Shown: positions 1 to 11,032, counted from the stretch's first letter. The stretch: DNA of 64,000 bases from an uncultured Candidatus Saccharibacteria bacterium (GCA_965230955.1 OZ246404.1:920790-984789); one strand, 5' to 3'. A program made the numbers and translations. Notes: generated by a model not told the origin, from the letters alone.

Positions 1-195
1 CCCGAAAGCCAGAGTTTTGCCCGTCCCGGTTTGCGCCACGCCAACCAGGTCTTTGCCCTGCAAAGCCACCGGTATCGCTTGGCGCTGGATGGGAGTGGGA
101 ATTTGATAATTTAATTTTTCGAGCGCCTCAAGTAATCGCGGAGCGATGCCTAATCCGGAAAAACCAGTGCTAGCGAGCGGTGTACTTGGATTCAT
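1..195 (-). CDS. DEAD/DEAH-box RNA helicase, N-terminus (continues beyond window)
   Basis: Manual translation [65 protein letters not shown] shows Q-motif (PTPIQ) and motif I (AQTGTGKT); not in the ORF track. Confidence 0.9.
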   Translation of the reverse strand, partial: MNPSTPLASTGFSGLGIAPRLLEALEKLNYQIPTPIQRQAIPVALQGKDLVGVAQTGTGKTLAFG

Positions 196-244
196 AAAAA
201 TTGATTTAGCGACAAATTATTAATTATAGAGAAACAGGATAAAA

Positions 245-487
245 TTACTGGGGTAATAATCGCTTGTTTCGGAACGCAAATCCAGAACCAGTCTTTAGGT
301 AATTCTCGAACCGACGAGCTGTTAATCGGCTAGGAAAAACACAGAACCAAATCAATCTAATCGGCCTTAAATCCTTCGTTGCCAGGCATTTTCCAATTCT
401 ATGTTCGGTAATCCGTCTTCGTAAATCTGGAGTTGAACCGGTATAAATGGTTCTACAAACCGTTTCCAAAAGATATACGTAATACAT
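245..487 (-). CDS. Small stand-alone GIY-YIG nuclease-family protein
   Basis: YYVYLL...IYTGST.DL.RR..EH..G...T...RP..L...A...E.YLK.G.G pattern; SD AGGAGGG upstream (491-497). Confidence 0.85.
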   Translation of the reverse strand: MYYVYLLETVCRTIYTGSTPDLRRRITEHRIGKCLATKDLRPIRLIWFCVFPSRLTARRFENYLKTGSGFAFRNKRLLPQ

Positions 488-505
488 TTTCCCTCCTGCT
501 ATTAT

Positions 506-631
506 TGTCCCCCCTCGCTCCGCAACGGAGCTTCGGGGGACACACTTCGCGTGATATTAATTAATCTGGCGATTTAGTTATGGCCATCAGGCCACACGAA
601 GCCCCGAGGCATCCGAGGGGCGAAGTGTGGC
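506..631. repeat. Two oppositely oriented REP-like hairpins with CTTCG/TTC internal loops between tRNA-Ser and the GIY-YIG gene
   Basis: TGTCCCCC-ctcg-CTCCG-caa-CGGAG-cttc-GGGGGACA (506-542); GCCACAC-gaa-GCCCC...GGGGC-gaa-GTGTGGC (591-631); CACACTTCGC (541-550) inverted at 620-629. Confidence 0.6.
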
Positions 632-715
632 GGAGAGGGCGAGATTTGAACTCGCGGTGCCTTTCGGCACACACGCTTTCCAAGCGTGCGCACTAGACCA
701 CTATGCGACCTCTCC
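628..715 (-). tRNA. tRNA-Ser (GGA)
   Basis: GGAGAGG acceptor, anticodon arm CACGC-TTGGAAA-GCGTG, long variable arm GTGCCGAAAGGCAC, TTCAAAT T-loop, encoded CCA. Confidence 0.97.
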
Positions 716-872
716 GAGAACGAAACTCAAAGTTAAAATTTCAAGATTTAAAAGAAACTAAAAATCTAAAAATTAAATACCTTAAAGTATCTTCGTTGGG
801 TATTTTACCTATTTTGTTATTATTTGTAAACCCATTTTCGCTTACTTAAGCCTTATCTGCTATAATTGAAAT

Positions 873-1358
873 ATGGACAATTATGGTGCGACAATTCATC
901 TGTTTTGCCCCAGGCTGGTTCGGGAAGAGTGGGATCAGCAGATCCACCAGTGGGACAAAAAACCATTCTATGCCCTGCCCTACCGCAGTTTTTTCGGACT
1001 GCCGACCGATCTCGCTCGCCGGACAGCCGCGGCCGTAAATCTATTATCGCAACGCGGATTGCTTGATAGCGTCCCGATTAATTTCGCCGTCAACGAACAA
1101 TCCTTCGGGGGTACTCTGCTGATTGCCCTGAATCGCAACGTGAAAGATCTGGAAACCAGAGCCGTCAGCGGGAAATTCATGTCTTTCTTTTTTGAAGGAA
1201 AATATACCGAACGCTCGCACTGGATCCGCCATGTCTATCGCTACGGCCGAAACAACAATTTAAATTTCTCTGAACTCCATATCTGGTATGCCTCCTGCCC
1301 GACCTGCGCGAAAAAACAAGGCTACGCGCAAGTGGTGATTTTCGGAAAAATCGTTTAA
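873..1358 (+). CDS. Conserved hypothetical (GyrI-like 'bacterial hydrolase' type) with C-terminal CxxC
   Basis: FCP...EWD...WD.KPF N-terminus, FEG.Y, WY..CP.CAKK.G...VV C-terminus; TG-N-TATAAT upstream. Confidence 0.55.
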   Translation: MDNYGATIHLFCPRLVREEWDQQIHQWDKKPFYALPYRSFFGLPTDLARRTAAAVNLLSQRGLLDSVPINFAVNEQSFGGTLLIALNRNVKDLETRAVSGKFMSFFFEGKYTERSHWIRHVYRYGRNNNLNFSELHIWYASCPTCAKKQGYAQVVIFGKIV

Positions 1359-1363
1359 AAAAT

Positions 1364-1391
1364 GTAGGGGCGTCCGGCCGGACGCCTCTAC
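1364..1391. repeat. GTAG-type REP-like palindrome
   Basis: GTAGGGGCGTCCGGCCGGACGCCTCTAC. Confidence 0.6.
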
Positions 1392-1392
1392 C

Positions 1393-1427
1393 AAAAATGG
1401 GGCGACCTCGAAAGGTCGTCCCATTTT
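1393..1427. terminator. Bidirectional intrinsic terminator between convergent genes
   Basis: AAAATGGGGCGACC-tcgaaa-GGTCGTCCCATTTT. Confidence 0.7.
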
Positions 1428-1441
1428 ATATTGAACCGGAT

Positions 1442-2860
1442 CTAAAATCTCTCGATCGTCCGGATCTGCGGACCGCCGCCTACACCGGCGCCGGTCAGAA
1501 TTTCCGCGCGACCAGTATTGTTCAAATCGGCTGCCGATACATTTACTCCCCCGCGGAAAGACTGGGTGTAGGGGAAGAAATTGACAGTCAGCGCGTTGCC
1601 GCCCCATTTGAAAGCCCGCACGTGCGGACCGCCGCCGATACCGGCACCCGTCACGATATCCGCCGTCCCGTCGTTATTCACGTCGCCGACCGCCACGTGA
1701 GAGCCGGCGGTGGCATACGGCTGAAATTCGCTGATGACTTTGTAATCGGAAGTCCGGAAAACACGAACCAAAGAAGTGGAACCCGGACCTTCACCGACGA
1801 CGATATCTTGTTTGCCATCGCGATCAAAATCAGCGCCGGACGCCACGAAAGCGCCTTTGCGGATCTGATTGGAAAAAGCATAAAATGATTTCACTTCGCG
1901 TCCGACCGGGCTGAAAACCCGGACCCGCGGCGTGCCGGCTGATCCCGGGCCGGTAATAATTTCATCCCGCCCGTCGCCATTCACGTCCCCGGCGGCGACA
2001 TACGCGCCCACCGGCGCCGTGCCGTAAGCGTTCCATTCGCCGATCAAGACAAATTCGCCAGCATCCAAATCAGCGTTGATAGTCTTGACCCAGCCTTCCA
2101 GCCCCTGTCCTTGGCCGACAATAATTTCATCTTTGCCGTCGCCATCGACATCACCGGTCGCGACATTCACGCCGCTACGGGAAGTGGAACTGAAAGCCAT
2201 GAATTGGCCGAGCAAATTATAGTCTTTGTCAAAAATGCGCACCTGCGGACCGCCGCCCTGTCCGGCGCCGGTAATAATCTCATTCTCGCCATCGCCATTC
2301 AAATCGCCGGTCGCGACATTCACGCCGCCGCGGAAAGCGGAATTATAAGCCATCAGGCTTTTGCCTGAAACCACCGTGCTGGTTTTGGTGGTAGTGGTGG
2401 TTTTAGTGCCGGTCTTGGTATCGGTGGTTTTAGTCGGAGCGTCAGCCGGGATTTCCACCGAAACGACATTGCTCGTGCCGACATTGCCGGAACTGTCGCG
2501 CACCGACATGGCGACGTAATAAGTATGTCCCCGTTCCATCCCGATACTGCCGTAATAAACGCGGAGTGAAATTTGATCGCGATCGGAAATCGCGATACCG
2601 GAAAAATTATCGGGGTAGTTTGGCGTTGAATCGGTTTCCGAAACCGCCAATTTGTAATATCCGAAATCCGCGTCCGTATTTTTCGTCCAGGTGAAAATCA
2701 GCTCGTAGTCATCCATCCGATCATAAGAAAACTCGACCGGTGTCGGCGGAGTGGTATCGCCGCTACCGCAAGTCGAACAGGCGCGGCTTATTCCCGGAGT
2801 GAGCCCCAGGATCGTCGCGAACGCGGCGACAAGCGCCAGACTCGCCATTAGTTTTTTCAT
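1442..2860 (-). CDS. Secreted protein: signal peptide, FN3-like domain, Thr/Lys linker, FG-GAP/VCBS-repeat propeller
   Basis: Repeated GGVNVA.GD.NGDG.DEIITGAG.GGGP.VR.F motifs (about 5 copies); N-terminal signal peptide. Confidence 0.85.
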   Translation of the reverse strand: MKKLMASLALVAAFATILGLTPGISRACSTCGSGDTTPPTPVEFSYDRMDDYELIFTWTKNTDADFGYYKLAVSETDSTPNYPDNFSGIAISDRDQISLRVYYGSIGMERGHTYYVAMSVRDSSGNVGTSNVVSVEIPADAPTKTTDTKTGTKTTTTTKTSTVVSGKSLMAYNSAFRGGVNVATGDLNGDGENEIITGAGQGGGPQVRIFDKDYNLLGQFMAFSSTSRSGVNVATGDVDGDGKDEIIVGQGQGLEGWVKTINADLDAGEFVLIGEWNAYGTAPVGAYVAAGDVNGDGRDEIITGPGSAGTPRVRVFSPVGREVKSFYAFSNQIRKGAFVASGADFDRDGKQDIVVGEGPGSTSLVRVFRTSDYKVISEFQPYATAGSHVAVGDVNNDGTADIVTGAGIGGGPHVRAFKWGGNALTVNFFPYTQSFRGGVNVSAADLNNTGRAEILTGAGVGGGPQIRTIERF

Positions 2861-3016
2861 GGTTTTGCTTTTAATTATTAATTTTAGCTTCTAAGTATTG
2901 TAATATAACGCCAACGTCAAGTCAAAAATAAAGAAAAAAAATCGATTTCCGTCCTCTCGTCCCCAAATAAAAACGAGCCTGTCCGGAGACAAACTCGTTG
3001 TTGCGCCAAAACCAAG

Positions 3017-3181
3017 TTACCGGTTATTCTCATCGCGATGAGGTTTCCTGGATCTTGGATTGGGCTCTTGCTGCCTGAGCAGCGAGGGTTTGATCCGAAC
3101 AGCCCCGAAGTCCCTCAAATCTTTTTCGTCTTCGACTTTTTCATCCCACCAATTCTTAACACTTTCATCTCTCTCTCGCAT
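3017..3181 (-). CDS. Small charged hypothetical protein (MRERDES...)
   Basis: GAAAGGA SD before ATG; TTGACA-N17-TATTAT promoter (3289-3261); downstream hairpin at about 2971-2999. Confidence 0.5.
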   Translation of the reverse strand: MRERDESVKNWWDEKVEDEKDLRDFGAVRIKPSLLRQQEPNPRSRKPHRDENNR

Positions 3182-3347
3182 AACCATTCCTTTCTGCCTG
3201 CAATTTGGGCAAAATGCCCGGTTTTTAAAATCCTCCCTTAAAAATCTCGAAACTGCCAGCATAATACACTAATTAATCAATCTTGTCAATACCGACCCAT
3301 AAAAAACACCGGCTAGTCAGCTGACTGCCGGTGTAAGCATCTCAAAC

Positions 3348-3566
3348 TCAGCGTCTGATTGATCCCCGCACCCGAGAAAAATGTCGCCGAAACAATGGCG
3401 TTTTGCGATCTGTGTCCGGCACCGGCTTCTCGCGTGTCTGATCACGCGCCTCCTGTTTTAGCCGTTTTTCCTCTTTTTTGACGAGTCGCTCCAACTGAGA
3501 GTTTCGCCAATTTTGGGCAATCACACTTTGCTCCAAACTCATCGGAACATCTTGCCGATCAACCAT
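3348..3566 (-). CDS. Small charged hypothetical protein (72 aa)
   Basis: AGGAGG SD; TTGACG...TAAAAT promoter near 3700-3670; downstream hairpin ACACCGGC...GCCGGTGT. Confidence 0.6.
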   Translation of the reverse strand: MVDRQDVPMSLEQSVIAQNWRNSQLERLVKKEEKRLKQEARDQTREKPVPDTDRKTPLFRRHFSRVRGSIRR

Positions 3567-3823
3567 TGAGACCTCCTGAGTTGAATGTTATACCGCGCCA
3601 ATCGACACGGCTTAATCCCTCATCACCACCCCCTCGCGGTGACGAGAATTCGATACCCATCCATGCATTTATTTTATCGATTTCTCAAATTCCGTCAACC
3701 GAAAACCTCGAAGGAACGTACCTATTCGGCGGTAAAAAATAACACTTCGTCGCCGATACAATGTTAAAACACGTAATCTATAAATAAAAAAGCCCAGGAA
3801 AAATCCCGGGCAGGATACCGATC

Positions 3824-4039
3824 TCAAGAAGATTGAGCTTCTTCCGCCATAAGCCGGAAGTTTTCTTCAGTCGGATCATCGCGTAGCAATTCTTCGATTG
3901 GACAAAATTCGCCATCTTGAATCTGAGATTCCAACTCATCAAATTCATCAAGAGTCACATCAAATTCCTCATCATCGAGATTCCCGCGACCGTCCGTCCA
4001 GCACTTTGATTTGAAAGCAGATTGGCGTTTTTCCCCCAT
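3824..4039 (-). CDS. Small highly acidic hypothetical protein (71 aa)
   Basis: AAGGAGGT SD; TTGACA-N16-TAATCT promoter (4098-4071); downstream GCCC..GGGC hairpin with T-tract. Confidence 0.65.
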   Translation of the reverse strand: MGEKRQSAFKSKCWTDGRGNLDDEEFDVTLDEFDELESQIQDGEFCPIEELLRDDPTEENFRLMAEEAQSS

Positions 4040-4119
4040 ATGACCTCCTTGGTGGCATGGTTGTATTTTCAGATTACTCCACTCGAATCAAATGTCAACC
4101 GATTAGAATCGGCCTGGCT

Positions 4120-5577
4120 TTATTTTATTTCAATTACTTTTACCAAATTTTCACCCTCGGTTTTATCTTTTTTCACTCCGTCCACAAAAACCACTTTATC
4201 TCCAGGTTTCAGGCGATAGGTGCGGGCCAGACAGGAATGCAAATGCGGAGTCAGTGAATTAATACTGACAATATCCGCCATCACGATCGGATCCACACCC
4301 CAAATCAAATTCAACTGGCGTTGGATTTTTTTATGGGAAGTAACGGCGACAACCGGAATTTCGGCTCGCGCTGAAGAAACCGCTTGGGCGGTCAAACCGG
4401 TCACGGTAGTGACTACTAGCGCCCGCGCCTTGATCTCGCGCGCGACCTGCGCCGAGTGGCGCGCCAAAGAGATCAAGGCTTTGTCCTCGCCCTTGATCGT
4501 CACCGGCCGGAGATCCGCCAAATTATCGTAAACACTTTTTTCCGCGTCTTTAATCACCTGACTGGCCGCGCGCACCGCTTCCACCGGGAATTTTCCCGAA
4601 GCGGTTTCGTCCGACAAGTAAATCGCATCCACGTGGTCAAAAACAGCGTTGGCCACATCGCTGGCCTCGGCTCGCGTCGGGCGCGGTGAAGCCACCATGG
4701 AAAAAAGCATCTGCGTGGCCACGATGACCGGCTTCATCAAAGCCAAAGAAACCGTGGTGATTTTCTTTTGATACTCCGGCACGGCGGTCATGGAAACTTC
4801 TGGACCGAGATCCCCGCGGGCAATCACGATCCCGTCAGAAATCCCGATAATTTCTTCCAGATGATCCAGTGCTTCGTGAGTTTCGATCTTGGCCGTAATT
4901 TTAGTGGCGGGCTTTTTCCCGGCCGAATATTTTTTGATCAGTTCGCGGAGCTCTTCGATATCTTCCGGCGCCCGGACAAAAGATAGTCCGACCCAATCGG
5001 CGTCATTGGCCAAGGCAAATTTGAGATCCTCTTTATCTTTTTCGGTAATGGTCGAGACGGAAATAGTCGTATCGGGGAAATTAAGCCCTTTATGCGAAGT
5101 CAGTTGCCCCCCGGTCATGACCCGACAGACAATATCATAGCCGTGAATGGCCAGCACTTTGACCGCCATTTTACCGTCGGCCAGCAGCAAACGCGCGCCG
5201 GGCTCCACATCACGGTGGAGATTATGATACTGCACAAAAATCTTGTCGGCCGACAAATCACGCGCCGTTTTCTTGGCGTACTTGGGATTAGTGGTAAAAA
5301 CCAGCTCTTTACCCTCTACCAATTTGACTCCCTCTTCCGCAATTTCGCCGACGCGAATTTTCGGACCTTGCAAATCAACTTCAATCCCCAGCGGAATACT
5401 CAATTCCCGGCTGATATCTCGAATCAGCTCGATAATCTGGCGGTGTTCCTCATATTTACCGTGAGCCATATTGAGCCGGACCATATCCATGCCGGCGCGA
5501 GCCATCGCGGTCAGCGTTTTACGATCCCAGCAGGAAGGACCAACTGTACAGACAATCTTAGTTCTGTTCTTTATCAT
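4120..5577 (-). CDS. pyk: Pyruvate kinase
   Basis: RTKIVCTVGP, RLNMAHG, DLQGPKIR, AKIET, ARGDLG, ATQML.SM, DETA.G motifs. Confidence 0.97.
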   Translation of the reverse strand: MIKNRTKIVCTVGPSCWDRKTLTAMARAGMDMVRLNMAHGKYEEHRQIIELIRDISRELSIPLGIEVDLQGPKIRVGEIAEEGVKLVEGKELVFTTNPKYAKKTARDLSADKIFVQYHNLHRDVEPGARLLLADGKMAVKVLAIHGYDIVCRVMTGGQLTSHKGLNFPDTTISVSTITEKDKEDLKFALANDADWVGLSFVRAPEDIEELRELIKKYSAGKKPATKITAKIETHEALDHLEEIIGISDGIVIARGDLGPEVSMTAVPEYQKKITTVSLALMKPVIVATQMLFSMVASPRPTRAEASDVANAVFDHVDAIYLSDETASGKFPVEAVRAASQVIKDAEKSVYDNLADLRPVTIKGEDKALISLARHSAQVAREIKARALVVTTVTGLTAQAVSSARAEIPVVAVTSHKKIQRQLNLIWGVDPIVMADIVSINSLTPHLHSCLARTYRLKPGDKVVFVDGVKKDKTEGENLVKVIEIK

Positions 5578-5584
5578 AGTTTTT

Positions 5585-5708
5585 GGAAATTCAAAATTTT
5601 AAAAATCAAAATTGAAAAGAAAATTAAAGCTAAAAGATCAAATACTGCATTTAAAATTTTTAGCTTTTAATTTCTTTTGAATTTTTAGCTTTTAATTTTT
5701 AATTTTAA
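5585..5708. repeat. Heptamer inverted-arm element, AAAATTN/TTTTAAT family
   Basis: aaaatttt-aaaaatc-aaaattg-aaaagaaaattaaagctaaaa ... ttttagcttttaatttcttttgaatttttagcttttaatttttaatttt. Confidence 0.6.
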
Positions 5709-5769
5709 CCAAAGAGGCGTCTCTGGTTATTATACCGAAAGTACGCCTCTTTGTATACTGCAACAAAAA

Positions 5770-6174
5770 TTATTGTCGCGGTTGTTGTGGTGGCTGTTGC
5801 ATGCTGGAACCAAATTTATCAGCCCAATCGCCGATTAATGGCATCTTCCACATCTGACCCATAGCCGCTTTGATCAAGCCGATCAAAGCCATGATTCCAA
5901 TGACCATTTCGAGAATACCGACAACCCAATACAGCGGCCAAAAAATCCAAAACATAACAGATGAGAGGATCCAAAGCGCGATCCAGATGATCGTCAAGAT
6001 TGATCCTTGCTTGGCGTGAAAAGTGACGAATGAATCGTCTTTCTTCACGAAATACATGATCAAACCGATCACCGGAATGTAGCAGATCGCGCCTAAGGCC
6101 TTATTGTCTCCCCCGCCCTGTTGTTGTGGCTGTTGAGGCTGCTGCGGTTGTTGATACTGTTGTTGCCCGTTCAT
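5770..6174 (-). CDS. DUF4870-like membrane protein with Gln/Pro-rich termini
   Basis: ALGAICY...FV.FHAKQG...GLIKAA.G..WK.PLIG; start moved to MNGQQQ after SD GGGGGTG. Confidence 0.8.
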   Translation of the reverse strand: MNGQQQYQQPQQPQQPQQQGGGDNKALGAICYIPVIGLIMYFVKKDDSFVTFHAKQGSILTIIWIALWILSSVMFWIFWPLYWVVGILEMVIGIMALIGLIKAAMGQMWKMPLIGDWADKFGSSMQQPPQQPRQ

Positions 6175-6193
6175 AGACTCACCCCCTTTCCAG

Positions 6194-6225
6194 AAGTAAA
6201 AAGTCAAAAATCAAAAGTAAAAAGT
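6194..6225. repeat. Single heptamer arm, AAAAGTC family
   Basis: aagtaaa-aagtcaa-aaatcaa-aagtaaa-aagt. Confidence 0.65.
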
Positions 6226-6418
6226 GGCAGTAGTCATTCTGAAACCGAGTTTCGAAACCGAAAGATCACATTTTCCTGTCCGGCTAACGGGTCAACCGCT
6301 CCACTGCCCAGATTTTATTATAGCAGATCGGCTGGAAAAGGTCGAGCAAAACGCAATGATTGACACCGGACGCCCAAGAGAATAAAATGCTATTTAATCG
6401 AAAGGAGGATCTGTTATT

Positions 6419-6628
6419 ATGACATATCGGCGTTTTTTCCTGATCGCACTCGCTATCACCTTCATAACTACCTTCATACTTGGTGTAAATCTGGTGATTT
6501 TTGACGTAGGAATTAGCTTTACCGCCACTCCAGTAAAAACTACCAATGGCGCATTTCTACTTGTCTTTGCCGCCGGCACCATGGTCGCCAATCTCATAAT
6601 GTATATCATTATCAAGCCGCAACGGTGA
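6419..6628 (+). CDS. Small two-TM hypothetical membrane protein
   Basis: TTGACA-N17-TAAAAT promoter, GAAAGGAGG SD, two hydrophobic segments, terminator follows. Confidence 0.65.
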   Translation: MTYRRFFLIALAITFITTFILGVNLVIFDVGISFTATPVKTTNGAFLLVFAAGTMVANLIMYIIIKPQR

Positions 6629-6645
6629 TCAGCCTGTTCCATACC

Positions 6646-6674
6646 GCCTTCCGCTTAACACGGAAGGCTTTTTT
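6646..6674 (+). terminator. Intrinsic terminator
   Basis: GCCTTCCG-cttaaca-CGGAAGGC-TTTTTT. Confidence 0.75.
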
Positions 6675-6754
6675 ATTTGCGAACTAAAAGGCGGCCCCCC
6701 GCACTCAAGTGCAATCTTTTGTAGCTTGAGTGTGGGTAGCCGCCCCTATAGTCA

Positions 6755-6792
6755 TGGCAGGCACCCGCCGAATCGGCGGGGCCTACCCCTAC
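6755..6792 (-). repeat. GTAG REP-like hairpin with CCGCCGAWTCGGCGG core
   Basis: Reverse strand GTAGGGGTAGGCCCCGCCGATTCGGCGGGTGCCTGCCA; similar to 24207-24247. Confidence 0.6.
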
Positions 6793-6801
6793 AACGTTTG
6801 A

Positions 6802-8516
<1,715 letters not shown>

Positions 8517-8527
8517 GTTGTTATGAT

Positions 8528-8821
8528 TTATTTAGTCACGATCCCGATAATATCTTCCTCGCCGACAACGAGAAATTCCTGGCCGTCGATTTTGAATTCA
8601 TCGGCAGAATATTTCTTGAATAAAACCGTATCGCCTTTTTTTACGTGCATCGGCAATTTTTTGCCTTCGACGGTAACTTTGCCCGGACCAGCGGCAACGA
8701 CTTTGCCCTTTTCCGGTTTCTCTTTTTCGTGCGTGTCGGGAAGTACAATCCCGCTCTTGGTTTTGATGTCCGTGGTAACGGCCTCGAGGACTACTTTGTC
8801 TCCCAAAGGTTTGATGTTCAT
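8528..8821 (-). CDS. groES: Co-chaperonin GroES
   Basis: IKPLGDKV, GIVLPD, G.VVAAGPG, VKKGD.VLF. Confidence 0.98.
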   Translation of the reverse strand: MNIKPLGDKVVLEAVTTDIKTKSGIVLPDTHEKEKPEKGKVVAAGPGKVTVEGKKLPMHVKKGDTVLFKKYSADEFKIDGQEFLVVGEEDIIGIVTK

Positions 8822-8852
8822 ACGCTTCTTTATTTAAATTAAACGGATTTCA

Positions 8853-8879
8853 TTAGCACTCATTATATATGAGTGCTAA
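8853..8879. promoter_or_regulatory. CIRCE element (HrcA operator)
   Basis: Perfect TTAGCACTC-N9-GAGTGCTAA upstream of groES. Confidence 0.95.
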
Positions 8880-8889
8880 CCAACTTTGT

Positions 8890-8917
8890 ATTATAGACAG
8901 ATTGTGAGACCTGTCAA
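8890..8917 (-). promoter_or_regulatory. Sigma70-type promoter of groESL
   Basis: TTGACA (8917-8912) -N16- TATAAT (8895-8890), directly upstream of CIRCE. Confidence 0.8.
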
Positions 8918-8932
8918 GAGCCAAGAAAAAGA

Positions 8933-9077
8933 AGATTAAAAAAATTAAGATATTAAGAGAATTAAGAACTTTAGGAGTTTGGCGTTCATATTCAGCTTGC
9001 TTTTTTAATCAACCCCTTAAAACTCTTAATATCTTAATGCTCTTAATATCTTATTCTCTTAATATTCTTAATATCTT
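8933..9077. repeat. Inverted-arm element with 8-9-bp units, ATTAAGA/TCTTAAT family
   Basis: attaagat-attaagaga-attaagaac ... tcttaata-tcttaatgc-tcttaata-tcttattc-tcttaatat-tcttaata. Confidence 0.75.
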
Positions 9078-9079
9078 TC

Positions 9080-10072
9080 CTATCGATACGCCCCCGTCAA
9101 CCGCTCTTCAAACTTCGCTCGGAAATATTCACGCCGGTCGATTTCGTGAAATTTTAGCACCTCATCCGAGCGAATCACATTCGGATTACGCAGCCACTCG
9201 GGGTCGCCGCGCGCTTTCATATACTCCAATTGCCACCACTTCACCGTCTTTTCCACCCAATTCCCAAATTTTCCCCGCCAGATCAGCTCCCAAATTTTTT
9301 GCCAGACATGATCGAGCCCCGTGCCGCGCACTCGGCGCAAGGGCACGCTGTCAGTCAAAAATGTTTGGGGGAGATACTGTCGGACCCACTGATTCGCCAC
9401 CCAAAATTTATCCGCCGTGCCGTCGCGATCATAAATGGGATACAACAGAGCCACCCAGTTGAACAAATACGGATCTTTCTTGAACCAAATATTTTTAGCC
9501 TGATATAATTTTTGTAAATTCAAGTGTTCATCACTGAGGAAAAAACTGAGGCACATTTTGCCGGCCACTTTTTTATGGCGCCACTGCCCAGTCAGGGCGA
9601 TCAACATCGTGACCAGCAATCGTACCAGCCAGATCCGGCCGCTTTTGGCGATAATCACGACATCAATATCACTCTCGACTTTTGGCGTTTCGATCGGAAA
9701 CATATTGCACAAAGCCGCCATTTTCAGAAAAGGTATGCCGCTCAGCCGGCGAATTAATTTGACGGCTTTGTTCCAACGCGGCAACGCCGTCCGGTGACGG
9801 CTCAATCTCCGTTCCACTAATTCCTCGCGCCCGCGTAAAAAATAGAATCCATCCGCAGACACAACTTTGCGTTTGAGCGATTCACGATGCCGGAAAGCCA
9901 GGAGTATTTCCGACAAGCTGAAATGCAGGGCGGATAGCCGGCCTTCGTTGTCTTGCAAAAATTTAGCCAACTCCACCAAGGTCAACGGGTAATCAAATAA
10001 ATCGTAAAAAACCAAGGCCTGGATAATGCCCCGCTCCAGCAATTCGTCTTTAGAACTAAGTAATCTTGACAT
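9080..10072 (-). CDS. Nucleotidyltransferase-like conserved hypothetical protein
   Basis: YDLFDYPLT N-terminus; S-D-I-D motif, GRIWL.R, CLSFFL, LKFH..DRR. Confidence 0.7.
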   Translation of the reverse strand: MSRLLSSKDELLERGIIQALVFYDLFDYPLTLVELAKFLQDNEGRLSALHFSLSEILLAFRHRESLKRKVVSADGFYFLRGREELVERRLSRHRTALPRWNKAVKLIRRLSGIPFLKMAALCNMFPIETPKVESDIDVVIIAKSGRIWLVRLLVTMLIALTGQWRHKKVAGKMCLSFFLSDEHLNLQKLYQAKNIWFKKDPYLFNWVALLYPIYDRDGTADKFWVANQWVRQYLPQTFLTDSVPLRRVRGTGLDHVWQKIWELIWRGKFGNWVEKTVKWWQLEYMKARGDPEWLRNPNVIRSDEVLKFHEIDRREYFRAKFEERLTGAYR

Positions 10073-10125
10073 TTCCCTATATTATACTAGTTTAAAGGAA
10101 ACTGTCATCTCGAAAGGAGGCTGTT

Positions 10126-10986
10126 ATGCGAGATACATTGGGCCGCTTGATGCTGGCACTCGACTTGATTGGCCGAGTCGGCGACCGGTTCATCGGACGG
10201 CTATATGCGATGCGCGACCGCGTAGCGGAAGCGCTCCAGTTAAAAAAAATCATCAGAAAAGCGCCCTGGATTTTTTCTTCACTACTCTGCCCGGATCTAA
10301 TCAGTGTGTCCAGAATTATTGGCGCACTATCACTTCTCATCTGGAATCCGACTATCGACTCCGGCCATGTCAAAGGCATCATTATCTGGAGCGGACTGAG
10401 TGACTGGTTGGACGGCTACATCGCCATCCGGTTGCGCAAAGCCGGCATCCAAACCTGGCGACTCAGCCGCCGGTGGCCGATGGCCACCGGCAACACTGTC
10501 GATTCGGCCGCGGATGGGCTGACGGGATTGCTGGCGACTATCTATCTGGTCATCAATTATCCTGCTCCGGCAACTTGGCTCCTCCTGGTCGCGGTCAGCC
10601 TGGAGCTGACCAAAGTTCCCGTAGCCATTCACGGCTATCGTCTGGTCAAAAAATACTGTTTCGAAGTGATCAACCCTGCCGTGATAATCCGAAAAGAGCG
10701 GATCGGCGAAGCGAAAATGCTGTGCCTGTTCGCCTCGATTATCATGATCTGGGCCGGACTGAGCTGGCCAAGCTTGTCTCTCCTTTTCATCGCCACCGCG
10801 CTGACCGGCGTCGCCATCGTGCTCTGCTACCTGACGACGGCTCGTTACATCAAGCGCTTTCTCGAAGAATTTCCGGATCTCCTCCCCCGCTGGTATAAAC
10901 TGCCCAACCCGACTTTTACTTGGGTCATGCTGCTGCTCTTCGCCCAAATGAATGTTTCTCGGCGCTATCCTCCGCCACCAATCTAA
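10126..10986 (+). CDS. CDP-alcohol phosphatidyltransferase family protein
   Basis: PDLISVSR...SDWLDGYIA...G..VDSAAD motif; multiple TM; GAAAGGAGG SD; terminator after. Confidence 0.75.
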   Translation: MRDTLGRLMLALDLIGRVGDRFIGRLYAMRDRVAEALQLKKIIRKAPWIFSSLLCPDLISVSRIIGALSLLIWNPTIDSGHVKGIIIWSGLSDWLDGYIAIRLRKAGIQTWRLSRRWPMATGNTVDSAADGLTGLLATIYLVINYPAPATWLLLVAVSLELTKVPVAIHGYRLVKKYCFEVINPAVIIRKERIGEAKMLCLFASIIMIWAGLSWPSLSLLFIATALTGVAIVLCYLTTARYIKRFLEEFPDLLPRWYKLPNPTFTWVMLLLFAQMNVSRRYPPPPI

Positions 10987-11032
10987 AGCCCCGCCTTCTG
11001 TCAAAGAAGCACGGGGCCTTTTTCTTTTTTGA

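Noticed and set aside
721-791. AT-rich tract upstream of tRNA-Ser as another repeat element
   Set aside because: Resembles one arm of the 11591 element but is too degenerate, with no clear partner arm
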